From a virus, in IMG/VR virus record IMGVR_UViG_3300027804_000046, positions 32,001 to 96,000 of that record: DNA of 64,000 nt. The stretch is one strand, 5' to 3'. Numbering within the stretch: the stretch's first letter is position 1; the number at the start of each line of letters is the position of its first letter. Positions 8,943 through 18,798 of this stretch are shown here, in pieces. The translations under genes were made by a program, and so were the position numbers. The notes under the pieces are model-generated. The model was not told where the DNA came from. It searched no databases and saw only the letters and a list, made by a program, of their open reading frames with translations.

Positions 8943-10253
8943 ATGTATCTTACAGAACAATTAGAACAGAAGTGGTCTCCAGTATTGGACCACGAAGGTG
9001 CAGGAAAGATTAAGGACTCTTACCGTCGTGCTGTTACAGCCATCATTCTTGAGAACCAGGAAAAGGCTATGGCAGAAGAAGGCCGTCAGCTTAACGAATC
9101 CGCTCCAACAAACGCAACTGGTACATATGTTCAGAACTATGACCCAATTCTTATTTCTTTGGTTCGTCGTTCTCTACCAAAGTTGATTGCTTATGACGTT
9201 TGCGGCGTTCAGCCAATGACAGGTCCAACAGGACTTATCTTCGCTATGCGTTCAAAGTATGACAATCAGAACGGTACAGAAGCTTTCTTCAACGAAGCTA
9301 ATACTCGCTTCTCATCTTCTAACAAGGCTGGCGACACTGTTGGTGGTTCACTACAGACAGGTACAAACCCAGTTTCAAACGTTCTAGACTCTTCACTATT
9401 TACAACTGCTAACGGTATGTCAACTGCTAGAGCAGAAGCCCTTGGTGACTCAGGTTCAAACCTATTCGCTGAAATGGCTTTCTCAATTGAGAAGGTAACT
9501 GTAACAGCCCGCTCACGCGCTCTAAAGGCTGAGTACACAATGGAATTGGCTCAGGATCTTAAGGCTGTTCACGGTCTTGACGCTGAGACAGAACTTGCAA
9601 ACATTCTGTCTACAGAAATCCTAGCTGAAATCAACCGTGAAGTCATTCGTACAATCTACGAACAGGCTGTAGTTGGTGCTGCTTACGGTACAACAACTTC
9701 TGGTACATTCGATCTTGACACAGACTCAAACGGCCGTTGGTCAGTTGAAAAGTTCAAGGGTCTTGTATTCCAGATTGAGCGTGAATGCAACGCAATTGCT
9801 AAGGCAACTCGTCGTGGTAAGGGTAATACCCTAATCCTATCTTCTGACGTTGCTTCTGCTCTTGCAATGGCTGGCGTTCTTGACTACACACCTGCTCTAC
9901 AGGCTAACCTAGAAGTTGACGATACAGGCAACACATTCGCTGGTGTTATGCACGGCCGTGTGAAGGTCTATATCGACCCATACTTCGGCGGTTCTTCAAA
10001 TGGCGACGAACTAGTTCTAGTTGGTTATAAGGGTACTTCTCCTTATGACGCAGGCTTGTTCTACTGCCCATACGTTCCTCTCCAGATGGTTCGCGCTATC
10101 GGTCAGGATACATTCCAGCCAAAGATCGGCTTCAAGACACGTTACGGCATGGTAGCAAACCCATTCGCTCAGGGTACAACTGCTGGTCTTGGCGTTCTTA
10201 CAGCCCGTACAAACAACTACTATCGTATCTTCCGCGTTCGCAACCTTATGTAA
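8943..10253 (+). CDS. gp23: Major capsid protein
   Basis: YDPILISLVRR, GVQPMTGPTGLIFAMR, SRALKAEYT.ELAQDLKAVHGLDAE.EL and FQPKIGFKTRYG motifs. Confidence 0.99.
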   Translation: MYLTEQLEQKWSPVLDHEGAGKIKDSYRRAVTAIILENQEKAMAEEGRQLNESAPTNATGTYVQNYDPILISLVRRSLPKLIAYDVCGVQPMTGPTGLIFAMRSKYDNQNGTEAFFNEANTRFSSSNKAGDTVGGSLQTGTNPVSNVLDSSLFTTANGMSTARAEALGDSGSNLFAEMAFSIEKVTVTARSRALKAEYTMELAQDLKAVHGLDAETELANILSTEILAEINREVIRTIYEQAVVGAAYGTTTSGTFDLDTDSNGRWSVEKFKGLVFQIERECNAIAKATRRGKGNTLILSSDVASALAMAGVLDYTPALQANLEVDDTGNTFAGVMHGRVKVYIDPYFGGSSNGDELVLVGYKGTSPYDAGLFYCPYVPLQMVRAIGQDTFQPKIGFKTRYGMVANPFAQGTTAGLGVLTARTNNYYRIFRVRNLM

Positions 10254-10284
10254 TCATAAGATTGTCGGGGCAAGACAGAGATTG

Positions 10285-10313
10285 GGGCAGCAGAAATGCT
10301 GCCCTTTTCTTTT
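10285..10313 (+). terminator. Intrinsic terminator after gp23
   Basis: GGGCAGCA-GAAA-TGCTGCCC followed by TTTTCTTTT. Confidence 0.9.
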
Positions 10314-10320
10314 ATAAATA
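10313..10320 (+). promoter_or_regulatory. T4-type late promoter
   Basis: Exact TATAAATA before gp3. Confidence 0.75.
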
Positions 10321-10336
10321 GTACAGAGGTACTTCA

Positions 10337-10855
10337 ATGTCAACAGAATCATTTCTAACTACTATACCAGACAATACTAGTTTTCTACAGACAACTAGAT
10401 ATACATTTGTCATTCCCAATCTTCCCTTTGCAAAATATTTTTGCCAGAGTATTAATCTTCCTGGAGTCTCATCTAGTGAAATTGAAGTACCTACTCCTTT
10501 CTCAAATACTTTCCGTCATCCAACAAAGATGTCTTTTGAACCATTTACAATTTCATTCTTGATTGACGAAGACTTGAGAGTTTGGGAAGAAACATACAAG
10601 TGGATTGTTTCACTCACAAGACCCGAAAGTGCTAAACAATACATCAAATACAATGATAGAGACGCATCTCCATATCAAGACGGAATGTTGACTGTGAATA
10701 CCAATGCCAATATTCCTAACATTCGTATCAAGTTCAAAAACGTTTTTCCTGTCAGTCTTGGCGGCATTCAGTTCGGTACAACAAATTCAGCCGATACGAC
10801 TCCTACAGCCGATCTAACATTCAGATACGATATCTTCAATTTTGAAAGATTGTAG
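10337..10855 (+). CDS. gp3: Tail tube terminator / tail completion protein
   Basis: YFCQSINLPGVS, F.IDED...W.E.Y.W, F.NVFPVSLGGIQF motifs; follows gp23 as in marine T4-like phages. Confidence 0.85.
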   Translation: MSTESFLTTIPDNTSFLQTTRYTFVIPNLPFAKYFCQSINLPGVSSSEIEVPTPFSNTFRHPTKMSFEPFTISFLIDEDLRVWEETYKWIVSLTRPESAKQYIKYNDRDASPYQDGMLTVNTNANIPNIRIKFKNVFPVSLGGIQFGTTNSADTTPTADLTFRYDIFNFERL

Positions 10856-10884
10856 TTGACTTTTACCTAAAAACGTAGTATAGT
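10856..10884 (+). promoter_or_regulatory. Sigma70-type promoter for uvsY
   Basis: TTGACT-N17-TATAGT. Confidence 0.65.
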
Positions 10885-10912
10885 AATATACATTTTTTGT
10901 GATGGAGAAACT

Positions 10913-11362
10913 ATGAAACCGCCAGTGAGTATTGACGTTCTAATGGAAGAGTGGGTAAAAGATGCAGGCTATGATGAGACTGAACCTCAGAAAGCAATGG
11001 CTAACATACCAAAACTTCATGCGAAGTATTTGCGTATCATGACACATCACAATCTCCTTGTCAAGAAGTTCTTAGCAGAATATAACTCACGGCGTAAGAT
11101 AAAGTGGGAATACTATTCTGGTGATTTGAATAATCCAGAAGATTTAGAGAAGTACGGACTAGAACCAATGATGAAGAAGGTGCTTCGCGCAGATTTGCAG
11201 CATTATCTTGATTCTGATACTGAACTAAATAACATACTACTAAAGAAAGTTATGCATGAAGAAATTGTTGAGTTCTGCAAAAACGTTCTGAAAGAATTGA
11301 ACAATAGAACTTGGCAATTGAAGGAGTACATGGCGTGGGAAAGGTTCATTGGTGGAAGTTGA
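10913..11362 (+). CDS. uvsY: Recombination mediator UvsY
   Basis: IPKLHAKYL, KWEYYSG, LNNRTWQLK...W.RF..G motifs; synteny gp3-uvsY-uvsW. Confidence 0.9.
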   Translation: MKPPVSIDVLMEEWVKDAGYDETEPQKAMANIPKLHAKYLRIMTHHNLLVKKFLAEYNSRRKIKWEYYSGDLNNPEDLEKYGLEPMMKKVLRADLQHYLDSDTELNNILLKKVMHEEIVEFCKNVLKELNNRTWQLKEYMAWERFIGGS

Positions 11363-11699
11363 TTTGTTTATAGAGGATCTTCGTAACTGGATGGCAACTC
11401 ATCCTATTACCGAAGACGATCTAATGACTGCATCTAACAAGGATCATAAGACGGGCAATAAGAACCCGTTCTATGGTTTGAAGCACACCGAGGAATGGAA
11501 ACAAGCCGCGCGTGAGAGAATGATGGGAAACAAGCGAACCGCTGGCTATACATATAAGCGTGAGCATGTTGAACAGAGGGCAGCATCTAGAAGCAGACCT
11601 GTTACCATTCGTGGTGTGACTTACAGTTCAGGTCGTGCGGCAGCGAAAGCACTGGGTGTCAGTCCTTCTACCATTGTGCAATGGAAAAAGAATGGATAA
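11349..11699 (+). mobile_element. Homing-endonuclease-type DNA-binding module (NUMOD3 + NUMOD1/HTH) with no visible nuclease domain
   Basis: G.KNPFYG.KHTEE.K (NUMOD3) and PV.I.GV.Y.S...AAKALGVSPSTI (NUMOD1-like HTH); no GIY-YIG or HNH motif. Confidence 0.65.
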
Positions 11700-13170
11700 T
11701 AGAGTTGAAATACTCAATGTGAATGAAGCTTACGTGACTATTTTATGTGATGATGATATATCATATGAACTTAGAGAAGCTTTCACATTTACGGTACCAG
11801 GACACCAGTTTACGCCTCAATATAAGGCTAGATTATGGGATGGCCGCATAAGATTGTTTGATGTAAGAAACAAACAACTATATCGCGGACTTGTACCTTA
11901 TGTTGCTAAGTTTTGTGAAGAACGAAACTACGAATGGGAATATGAAAACGAAAGTTATGATGAGGAATTTTCTTTAGCAGAGGCTAACGAATTTGTAGAT
12001 AAAATAAGGCCGAAACATGCTCCAAGAGATTATCAGTTGGATGCATTCGTTCATGCTATTCGTACACGAAGGACTTTACTACTTAGCCCCACTGCAAGTG
12101 GTAAGTCTCTTATTATTTATCTTTTGGCTCGTTTTCTATCACATAGAGGATTGAAAAAAGGCTTGATAGTCGTTCCGACGATATCACTAGTAGAACAACT
12201 AACGTCGGACTTCAAAGATTATAGTGCTACGAATGATTGGAATGTTGATGATAACATACACAAAATCTATCAGGGTCAGGAAAAAGATACAAACAAGTTC
12301 CTGACAATTTCAACTTGGCAATCTATTTACCAGATGCCCAAGAAGTGGTTCGCACAATTTGATTTTGTTATCGGCGATGAAGCACATCAGTTCAAGGCCA
12401 AGTCTCTTACAGATATTATGACAGGACTAACAAATGCAAAATACAGAATTGGCACTACAGGAACTCTTGATGGAACAAAAACACACAGACTTGTTCTTGA
12501 AGGACTATTCGGATCAGTTCGCAAGGTCATTACTACCAAAGAACTCATGGACGCTAAACACTTGGCTGAGTTCCAAATCAAGTGCCTTCTTCTTCGACAT
12601 AGTGAGTCTATCTGTCAGGCTGCGAAAGGATTTACTTATCAGCAGGAAATTGAATACTTGGTCCTTAACGATGGACGGAACAAGTTCATATCTAACCTCG
12701 CGGTTTCCTTATCTGGTAACACACTCGTCCTCTACCAGTACGTTGACAAGCATGGACGGATACTCCACGATCAAATTAATAAGAGAGTTGGAGCTGACAG
12801 AAAGGTATTTTTCGTAAGTGGAGATACAGACGTTGAAATCAGAGAAGAAATCAGACACATTGTTGAAAAAGAAACTAATGCGATTATTGTTGCTAGTTTT
12901 GGCACTTTCAGCACTGGCATCAATATTAGAAACCTGCATAACATTATATTTGCTTCTCCGTCTAAGTCTCGGATAAGAAATCTACAGTCCATTGGACGTG
13001 GATTACGTACTAGTGAAACGAAAGATTCCGCTCAGTTATTTGATATCGCAGATGACATGAGATATAAGAAACATGAGAATTACACTCTAAAACATTTTGC
13101 AGAAAGAATAAAGTTATATACCGAAGAAAAGTTCTCTTTCAAGGTATATAAGATTGAATTGAAAGGATAA
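11692..13170 (+). CDS. uvsW: DNA helicase UvsW
   Basis: WDGRIRLF, PRDYQ, SPTASGKS, DEAH, GTTGTL and LQSIGRGLR motifs. The start is probably ATG at 11692 rather than the GTG at 11635. Confidence 0.95.
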   Translation: MDNRVEILNVNEAYVTILCDDDISYELREAFTFTVPGHQFTPQYKARLWDGRIRLFDVRNKQLYRGLVPYVAKFCEERNYEWEYENESYDEEFSLAEANEFVDKIRPKHAPRDYQLDAFVHAIRTRRTLLLSPTASGKSLIIYLLARFLSHRGLKKGLIVVPTISLVEQLTSDFKDYSATNDWNVDDNIHKIYQGQEKDTNKFLTISTWQSIYQMPKKWFAQFDFVIGDEAHQFKAKSLTDIMTGLTNAKYRIGTTGTLDGTKTHRLVLEGLFGSVRKVITTKELMDAKHLAEFQIKCLLLRHSESICQAAKGFTYQQEIEYLVLNDGRNKFISNLAVSLSGNTLVLYQYVDKHGRILHDQINKRVGADRKVFFVSGDTDVEIREEIRHIVEKETNAIIVASFGTFSTGINIRNLHNIIFASPSKSRIRNLQSIGRGLRTSETKDSAQLFDIADDMRYKKHENYTLKHFAERIKLYTEEKFSFKVYKIELKG

Positions 13171-13173
13171 GTC

Positions 13174-13671
13174 ATGGCTCAAGAAGTATATCATATAAGA
13201 CTGAACTCGGGCGAGGACTTGATATCAGAAGTAGCATGGCCTAAACCTAAAGAAGGACATGAAACTCATATTGTTCTAAAGAACCCGATGAAGATTGTAT
13301 GTATACCTTCCAGTAAACCAGGATTCGTTTCTTTATCTTTGATGCAATGGGTATTTGCTAAGATTTCTTCTGAGCAGGAATTTAATATCTACAGCAGAGA
13401 CATTCTTACCATGTCTAAACCAAATGAAAGTCTAAAAGACTATTACTTTGACACGGTAAAACATTTCTCTAGTCAGTTCAAATCCAATTCGATATATGAG
13501 GAAGATACAACTACAGAGGAATTTCTTGAAGAACTGGAAAGAGAAATAGATGCTGTAGTCAAGTCTGATAAGGTAGTAGAAGAAAGCAACGAAGATATGG
13601 ACAATCTGAGAGATGTGGTAAATGAATTTCTTAGGTCTCTATCTTCCAACAACAGAGGAACATTACACTAA
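13174..13671 (+). CDS. Conserved T4-like hypothetical protein (Sm-like N-terminus)
   Basis: I.L.SGEDLI..V...L.NPM motif; acidic tail ending TLH; usual position between uvsW and gp55. Confidence 0.6.
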   Translation: MAQEVYHIRLNSGEDLISEVAWPKPKEGHETHIVLKNPMKIVCIPSSKPGFVSLSLMQWVFAKISSEQEFNIYSRDILTMSKPNESLKDYYFDTVKHFSSQFKSNSIYEEDTTTEEFLEELEREIDAVVKSDKVVEESNEDMDNLRDVVNEFLRSLSSNNRGTLH

Positions 13672-13934
13672 TGGCAAATGAAATAGTTGTAGAATTAGAT
13701 GAAACTAATGACTTTGGATTTAGTTTTCATGATGAGGAAGAGATTGTTACATCTTCTGGTGTAACAGATGAGGTAGACTTATTGAAGAATAGACTGAGGC
13801 TTTTAAGGAAGACTTATTTGCCTTTGCTTCAACATCTAGCAAAAGATCCTGATAAGCCTATGATTAAGTGGCCTAACAGGAAAGAGATACTTGATAAGCA
13901 AATCAAGAAGATGATTGAACTAACAGAAGTATAA
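13671..13934 (+). CDS. Hypothetical protein
   Basis: 87 aa, DFGFSF...LPLL..L.KDPDK..I.WPNR; coupled to upstream stop. Confidence 0.6.
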   Translation: MANEIVVELDETNDFGFSFHDEEEIVTSSGVTDEVDLLKNRLRLLRKTYLPLLQHLAKDPDKPMIKWPNRKEILDKQIKKMIELTEV

Positions 13935-13966
13935 TTAAAGTTATTCATATCATCGATGGCATAGCC

Positions 13967-13995
13967 AATATACACATCTGTCAACCCTTTGTCAA
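13967..13995 (-). promoter_or_regulatory. Antisense sigma70-type promoter upstream of gp55
   Basis: The minus strand reads TTGACA-N17-TATATT. Confidence 0.5.
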
Positions 13996-14006
13996 GAGAA
14001 AAGTGC

Positions 14007-14588
14007 ATGAGCAAACAAAATAAAGTACATTATGTAGACAATCAAAAGTTCTATCAGGAAATATTAGAACACAAAAGAAAAGTAGCAGAGGCCAGAGAAA
14101 AAGGTCTTGAAGAACCAAGGCTCTCTAACTATATTGGTGAGTGTATATGGAAGATTGCAAACAAACTATCTTGTAAGCCTTGTTTCCTAAACTACTCTTA
14201 TAGAGATGAAATGATTTCCGATGCAATAGAGAACTGCATATTGTATTTCAACGATTATGATCCAAACAGAGGATCCAATCCGTTCGCATACTTTACTCAG
14301 GTAATATACTTTGCATTCCTGAGACGAATAAACAAAGAAGAAAAGAATAGGTATATCATATACAAGAATTTCCAAGAGACGGTCATAAACAATGGACATG
14401 CAGCACATCTGGTAGATGGTGATGATAATCACTTGCTTTCTGTCAACTTATATGATAATATAAACGACTTCATGGAAAGATTTGAGAAGAAAGAAGCAGT
14501 AAAGAAAGAGAAACGAAAGATTGCCAAAGAAGGTTTAATCAAGTTTTACGAGGAAGAAAATGAACAACGAAGTACCGTTTCAAATTGA
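14007..14588 (+). CDS. gp55: Late-transcription sigma factor
   Basis: HYVDN..F, YIGEC..KIA..L, Y.YRDEMISDAIENC, NPFAYFTQ..YFAFLRRI.KE.K motifs. Confidence 0.95.
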   Translation: MSKQNKVHYVDNQKFYQEILEHKRKVAEAREKGLEEPRLSNYIGECIWKIANKLSCKPCFLNYSYRDEMISDAIENCILYFNDYDPNRGSNPFAYFTQVIYFAFLRRINKEEKNRYIIYKNFQETVINNGHAAHLVDGDDNHLLSVNLYDNINDFMERFEKKEAVKKEKRKIAKEGLIKFYEEENEQRSTVSN

Positions 14589-14745
14589 GCATCTGATTAC
14601 CAATCTGTTAAATCAGAAAGAGAATGTCTATATCAGACAGAACTATCGTGCAAGACTGGAATCAATCAGAGATGCTATTGACAAGTCTCTCAGAAAGTAC
14701 GATAATGAACTTTACACATCTAACAATCGGAAGAAAAGAGCGTAA
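14560..14745 (+). CDS. Hypothetical protein
   Basis: 61 aa ORF bridging gp55 and gp47, with GAGG RBS. Confidence 0.55.
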   Translation: MNNEVPFQIEHLITNLLNQKENVYIRQNYRARLESIRDAIDKSLRKYDNELYTSNNRKKRA

Positions 14746-15824
14746 TGTCTAAAGTTCTTATATTGACGGACACTCACTGGGGCGTCAGAAATGACTCCCC
14801 AGTTTTTCTAGATTATTTCAAGAGGAGCGTAGATGAGTTTCTTATCCCATTCATCAAAGCCAATGATGTGCGCCATATTATACATCTTGGCGATCTCGTT
14901 GATCGTCGGAAATATATTAATGTACTCACCCACTCTCGGCTTAGAGCAGATTTTCTGGAGCCAGTTAGTGCTTTGTGTTCTTTACATATTATTGCTGGTA
15001 ATCACGACGAATACTTCAAAGACACCTACACAGTAAATGCTCTAGATGAGTTCGTCGGCAATAGATATCCAAACATCAAGACATACTCTACTCCTACCAC
15101 GATTGAGATTTATGGTACTGAGTTCTTTCTTTTGCCGTGGATTACCAAAGCAAATGAAAAGCAGAGTTATGAAGCAATAGAGAACACTAAGTCTGCTATT
15201 TGTTGCGGTCATCTAGAACTAGATGGCTTTGAAATGCAGAAAGGATTGTTGTCTGACCATGGATGGAATCATCAAGTTTTTAAGCGATTTGATAGTGTGT
15301 TTACTGGCCATTATCACCACCGTAGCAGTCGGGATAATGTTCATTACATCGGTGCTTTGTGTGAGCATATATGGTCTGATTATAATGATCCTCGCGGCTT
15401 CATTACGTTTGATACACAAACCCGTGCTGTTGAGTTTCATCGTAATCCTTTCCGCATCTTCCATATGGTGGCTTATGATGATGTAAAGAATCCAGATATT
15501 CTTGAGAAGATTAATGCTACAGACTATTCCAAGTATAAAGATTGCTATGTCAAGGTTGTTTGTGTAAACAAAACCAATCCATATGCGTTTGATGTGCTGC
15601 TGGACAAGTTGTACAAAGAACAAGCGGCTGACATTTCCATTGTTGAAGATATCAACTCATTCACAGATAATAACTCGGAAGATTTGGTAGATGAGGCACA
15701 AGACACACTTACCATTCTTGACAACTATATAAGCGGTTTAACGCTTCCTATTGAATCGGACAAAATGAAACACTATATGAGAGAAATATATTCTGAGGCG
15801 CTATCTTTGGAAAATATAGAATAA
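14745..15824 (+). CDS. gp47: Recombination endonuclease subunit (Mre11/SbcD-like)
   Basis: TDTHWG, HLGDLVDRRK, GNHD, GHLEL.GF and GHYH motifs. Confidence 0.95.
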   Translation: MSKVLILTDTHWGVRNDSPVFLDYFKRSVDEFLIPFIKANDVRHIIHLGDLVDRRKYINVLTHSRLRADFLEPVSALCSLHIIAGNHDEYFKDTYTVNALDEFVGNRYPNIKTYSTPTTIEIYGTEFFLLPWITKANEKQSYEAIENTKSAICCGHLELDGFEMQKGLLSDHGWNHQVFKRFDSVFTGHYHHRSSRDNVHYIGALCEHIWSDYNDPRGFITFDTQTRAVEFHRNPFRIFHMVAYDDVKNPDILEKINATDYSKYKDCYVKVVCVNKTNPYAFDVLLDKLYKEQAADISIVEDINSFTDNNSEDLVDEAQDTLTILDNYISGLTLPIESDKMKHYMREIYSEALSLENIE

Positions 15825-15890
15825 CTAAATAGATGTGGATCGCCAAGCTACCAACTTGCACCCACTCTAACGCTATAAGGGAGCGCCAGC
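15825..15890 (+). promoter_or_regulatory. Late-promoter-like element plus two hairpins, one enclosing the RBS, upstream of the HNH gene
   Basis: CTAAATA; AGA.GTGG...CCAC.TCT stem; CGCT-ATAAGGG-AGCG stem containing the SD. Confidence 0.45.
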
Positions 15891-16364
15891 ATGTCTATTT
15901 ATCACAAGCACCACATTATTCCAAAACATATGGGAGGAACAGATGATCCTTCTAATCTTGTAGAAGTTACCGTAAAGCAACATGCTTTACTACACAAACA
16001 ACTATGGGAAGATTTAGGTTATTGGCAAGATTATGCTGCTTGGCAAGGACTTTCTAATATGATGGGCAGAGAAGAAATAATACGATTTTTAACAACAGGC
16101 GAAAGACATCATCAATATGGTAAACCAAGACCTGATGAAGTGAAAGCGAAGATAAGTTCCAGAAGAAGAGGACAATCTCTTGCTTCTTGGACAGAAGAAA
16201 GACGAAAGAAAACTGTTGCTTCCTTGAAAGGAAAAAGACCTTGCAAAGCTACAATGGAAGCAGCTAGAAAAGCAGCTATCGGTTCTAAAAGAACGGAAGA
16301 AACAAAACAAAAAATGAGAGAAGCACAAAAAAATCGTAGACTTCGTGAAAAAGGTGTGATATAA
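15891..16364 (+). mobile_element. Free-standing HNH homing endonuclease with NUMOD3 repeats
   Basis: HKHHIIPKHMGGTDDPSNLV..T...HA..H motif; NUMOD3-like repeats (RPDEVKAKIS, RTEETKQKM); inserted between gp47 and gp46. Confidence 0.85.
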
Positions 16365-16594
16365 TGACCGAGATAGATAAAGACTGGTCAAAGAAGTGTT
16401 CCGTTGTGTTACAGAATGAAGTATTACCTAGAGCAAAGAAACTTGGAATAACTCTTGATGAGTTTGCTGATGCCAGTGCGCTTAGTGTTTTAGCTAGACT
16501 TGAGTATGAAGGTATTATAACTAGAAGAACACTTAGAGAAATTCTTGATGAAAGAGTGAAGATTATACAGAATGATAAACTTCGAACTGATTAG
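16364..16594 (+). CDS. Hypothetical protein
   Basis: 76 aa ORF coupled to the HNH stop and overlapping the gp46 start. Confidence 0.5.
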   Translation: MTEIDKDWSKKCSVVLQNEVLPRAKKLGITLDEFADASALSVLARLEYEGIITRRTLREILDERVKIIQNDKLRTD

Positions 16595-18287
16595 ATGGAA
16601 AAATCTGCTGTCAACTGGTAATGCTTGGACAGAGATTGAACTAAACGCAAATAAGACAAACTTGATAGTAGGCGCAAACGGACATGGTAAGTCAACCATT
16701 CTTGATGCGCTCACTTTTGTTTTGTTTGGTAAGCCATTCCGCAAGATCAATAAGCCCATGCTTGTCAATAGCGTGAATGGTAAAGATTGTTTGGTTGAAA
16801 TTATATTCAAGGCATATGGCAAAGATTACAAGATTGTTCGTGGTATTAAGCCAAACATCTTTGAGATTTGGGTAGATGGTACTCTACTCAATCAGGACTC
16901 AGCATCAAGAGACTATCAGGAATATCTTGAAAAGTTTATTCTCAAGATGAATATGAAATCTTTCTGTCAGATTGTCATTCTTGGTTCAGCATCATTCACT
17001 CCGTTCATGCAGTTGACTCCTGCTGACCGTCGAACAATTATTGAAGACTTGCTTGATATCCAAATCTTCTCCGTGATGAACTTGCTGGTAAAGCAACGCG
17101 CTCAAGAGAATAAAGAAAAGTTGGAAAACACGCGAGTTGTCATGCGCTCGACAACCGAGAAGAAAGATTATATTGAGAAGACATTGGTCAGTTTGAGACA
17201 GACTAACGATGATAGACTGGCTGAACTTGAAAAGCAGTATCAAGACCTTGCACAACAAAAGAAAGATATAATTTCTGATGTTGAGAAGATTGTCGCAGAG
17301 AAGAAGCAACTGCAAGATGATGTTAATGACCTATCTGAAATAAAAAAGCAGTTTCACGATACCGTAAAACTTTATACTCAGTTTGATACAGAAGCAAAGC
17401 GGTTGGATGCTGAAAAAGAAATGTTGAAAACTACCGATAACTGCCCGACTTGTAAGCAAACAATTGAGAAGTCGTTCAAGTCTCAGCGTGTATTGGATCT
17501 TGGTAATACAATTAGCGGTCTAGTTGTTCAAGCCACAACAACAGAAGGCCAATCTAACATTTTACTTGCTGAGATTAGCAATAAAGAAAACCAAGTCAAG
17601 CGCATTCAGGCTATCTCTGCTGACATTTCAGCTAAGAAGCAAACGATGATGCATCTTGTTTCTACGATGAACGATATAGAAGATTCCATCGACAAGATTA
17701 AGAATGCTGACAAACTAGTTCAGAACAGCGAAGAAGATTTGCTAAAGACTGTTGGCGAGATAGAAAGAATCGAAGGAGTCATCAAGTTTCAGATGACAGA
17801 GAGAGTTATGATTGATACTGCTTCTGCGCTACTGAAAGATGGTGGAATCAAGACGAAGATTATCAAGCAATATATTCCAATCATCAATAAGTTGGTCAAC
17901 AAGTATCTTGACAGAATGGGCTTCTTTGTCAACTTCAACATCGATGAAAACTTCAACGAGGTAATAAAGTCTCGGTATCGTGATGAGTTTGCTTATGCCA
18001 ATTTCTCAGAAGGTGAGAAGACACGAATCGATTTGGCTTTGATGTTTACTTGGCGTTCCATTGCCAAGATGAAGAATAGTGTCAACACCAACTTGCTCAT
18101 TCTGGACGAAATTCTAGATGGAAGTCTAGATGCAAATGGAACAGATGAGTTTCTGAAAATCATAAAGACATTGACAGACGATACAAATACATATATAATC
18201 TCACACAAGACTGACACTATTGCCGATAAGTTTGACAAGACATATAGATTTGAGAAGATTAGAAACTTTAGCAGGTTGATGACATGA
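16572..18287 (+). CDS. gp46: Recombination ATPase subunit (Rad50/SbcC-like)
   Basis: G.NG.GKST Walker A, CPTC zinc hook, FSEGEK signature, LILDE Walker B. Confidence 0.96.
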   Translation: MINFELIRWKNLLSTGNAWTEIELNANKTNLIVGANGHGKSTILDALTFVLFGKPFRKINKPMLVNSVNGKDCLVEIIFKAYGKDYKIVRGIKPNIFEIWVDGTLLNQDSASRDYQEYLEKFILKMNMKSFCQIVILGSASFTPFMQLTPADRRTIIEDLLDIQIFSVMNLLVKQRAQENKEKLENTRVVMRSTTEKKDYIEKTLVSLRQTNDDRLAELEKQYQDLAQQKKDIISDVEKIVAEKKQLQDDVNDLSEIKKQFHDTVKLYTQFDTEAKRLDAEKEMLKTTDNCPTCKQTIEKSFKSQRVLDLGNTISGLVVQATTTEGQSNILLAEISNKENQVKRIQAISADISAKKQTMMHLVSTMNDIEDSIDKIKNADKLVQNSEEDLLKTVGEIERIEGVIKFQMTERVMIDTASALLKDGGIKTKIIKQYIPIINKLVNKYLDRMGFFVNFNIDENFNEVIKSRYRDEFAYANFSEGEKTRIDLALMFTWRSIAKMKNSVNTNLLILDEILDGSLDANGTDEFLKIIKTLTDDTNTYIISHKTDTIADKFDKTYRFEKIRNFSRLMT

Positions 18288-18466
18288 CAGAAAAAGGTTT
18301 GTATGAAGGAGGACGAAGACGCGGCAAATTTAATTATGGTAAAAAGATTGACCGCCATAAGCAATGGGAACTTGAAAAACGCGATCAAGACCATGAAAGA
18401 ATGGTTAGAGATTTTTTTGCAGAGAGAGCCAGAAATAGAAAGAGAAACGGAAAGAATAAGAGATGA
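18284..18466 (+). CDS. Hypothetical basic protein
   Basis: 60 aa; ATGA overlaps with both neighbours. Confidence 0.45.
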   Translation: MTEKGLYEGGRRRGKFNYGKKIDRHKQWELEKRDQDHERMVRDFFAERARNRKRNGKNKR

Positions 18467-18798
18467 CAGTAAAAGAATCCGCAGAATACGATAACTTCCT
18501 AGGCAAGAAAGAAGAAACCGCGAAAGAACAAACTCTCGCCGAATTTCTTGGCATGGAAGAAACTGATGAGAATGAGAGAGAAAAACTTTGGGTAGGAATG
18601 CCTGAGTTTGAACAGAAAGATAATCCACCGTTCAAGACACTATATCTTCATTTCCGTAATAAGCAAGACTTTGATGAGTTCCGCACAAAGTATGCACAAG
18701 TGGATGACGAACAGACTATTACAGATAAGACCAAGAGTATGTGGTATCCACATCTTGACAAGGACGAAAACTCTTTGAAGCGTTGGTTTGAAGAATGA
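18463..18798 (+). CDS. Hypothetical protein coupled to the TAGT-like glycosyltransferase
   Basis: W.GMPEF.Q......L.LHFR...D...F...IT.KTKS.WYP; overlaps the start of the downstream gene. Confidence 0.6.
   Translation: MTVKESAEYDNFLGKKEETAKEQTLAEFLGMEETDENEREKLWVGMPEFEQKDNPPFKTLYLHFRNKQDFDEFRTKYAQVDDEQTITDKTKSMWYPHLDKDENSLKRWFEE

Noticed and set aside
17993-18628. 211-aa minus-strand ORF and the many other short minus-strand ORFs
   Set aside because: They overlap well-supported + strand genes and have atypical composition.
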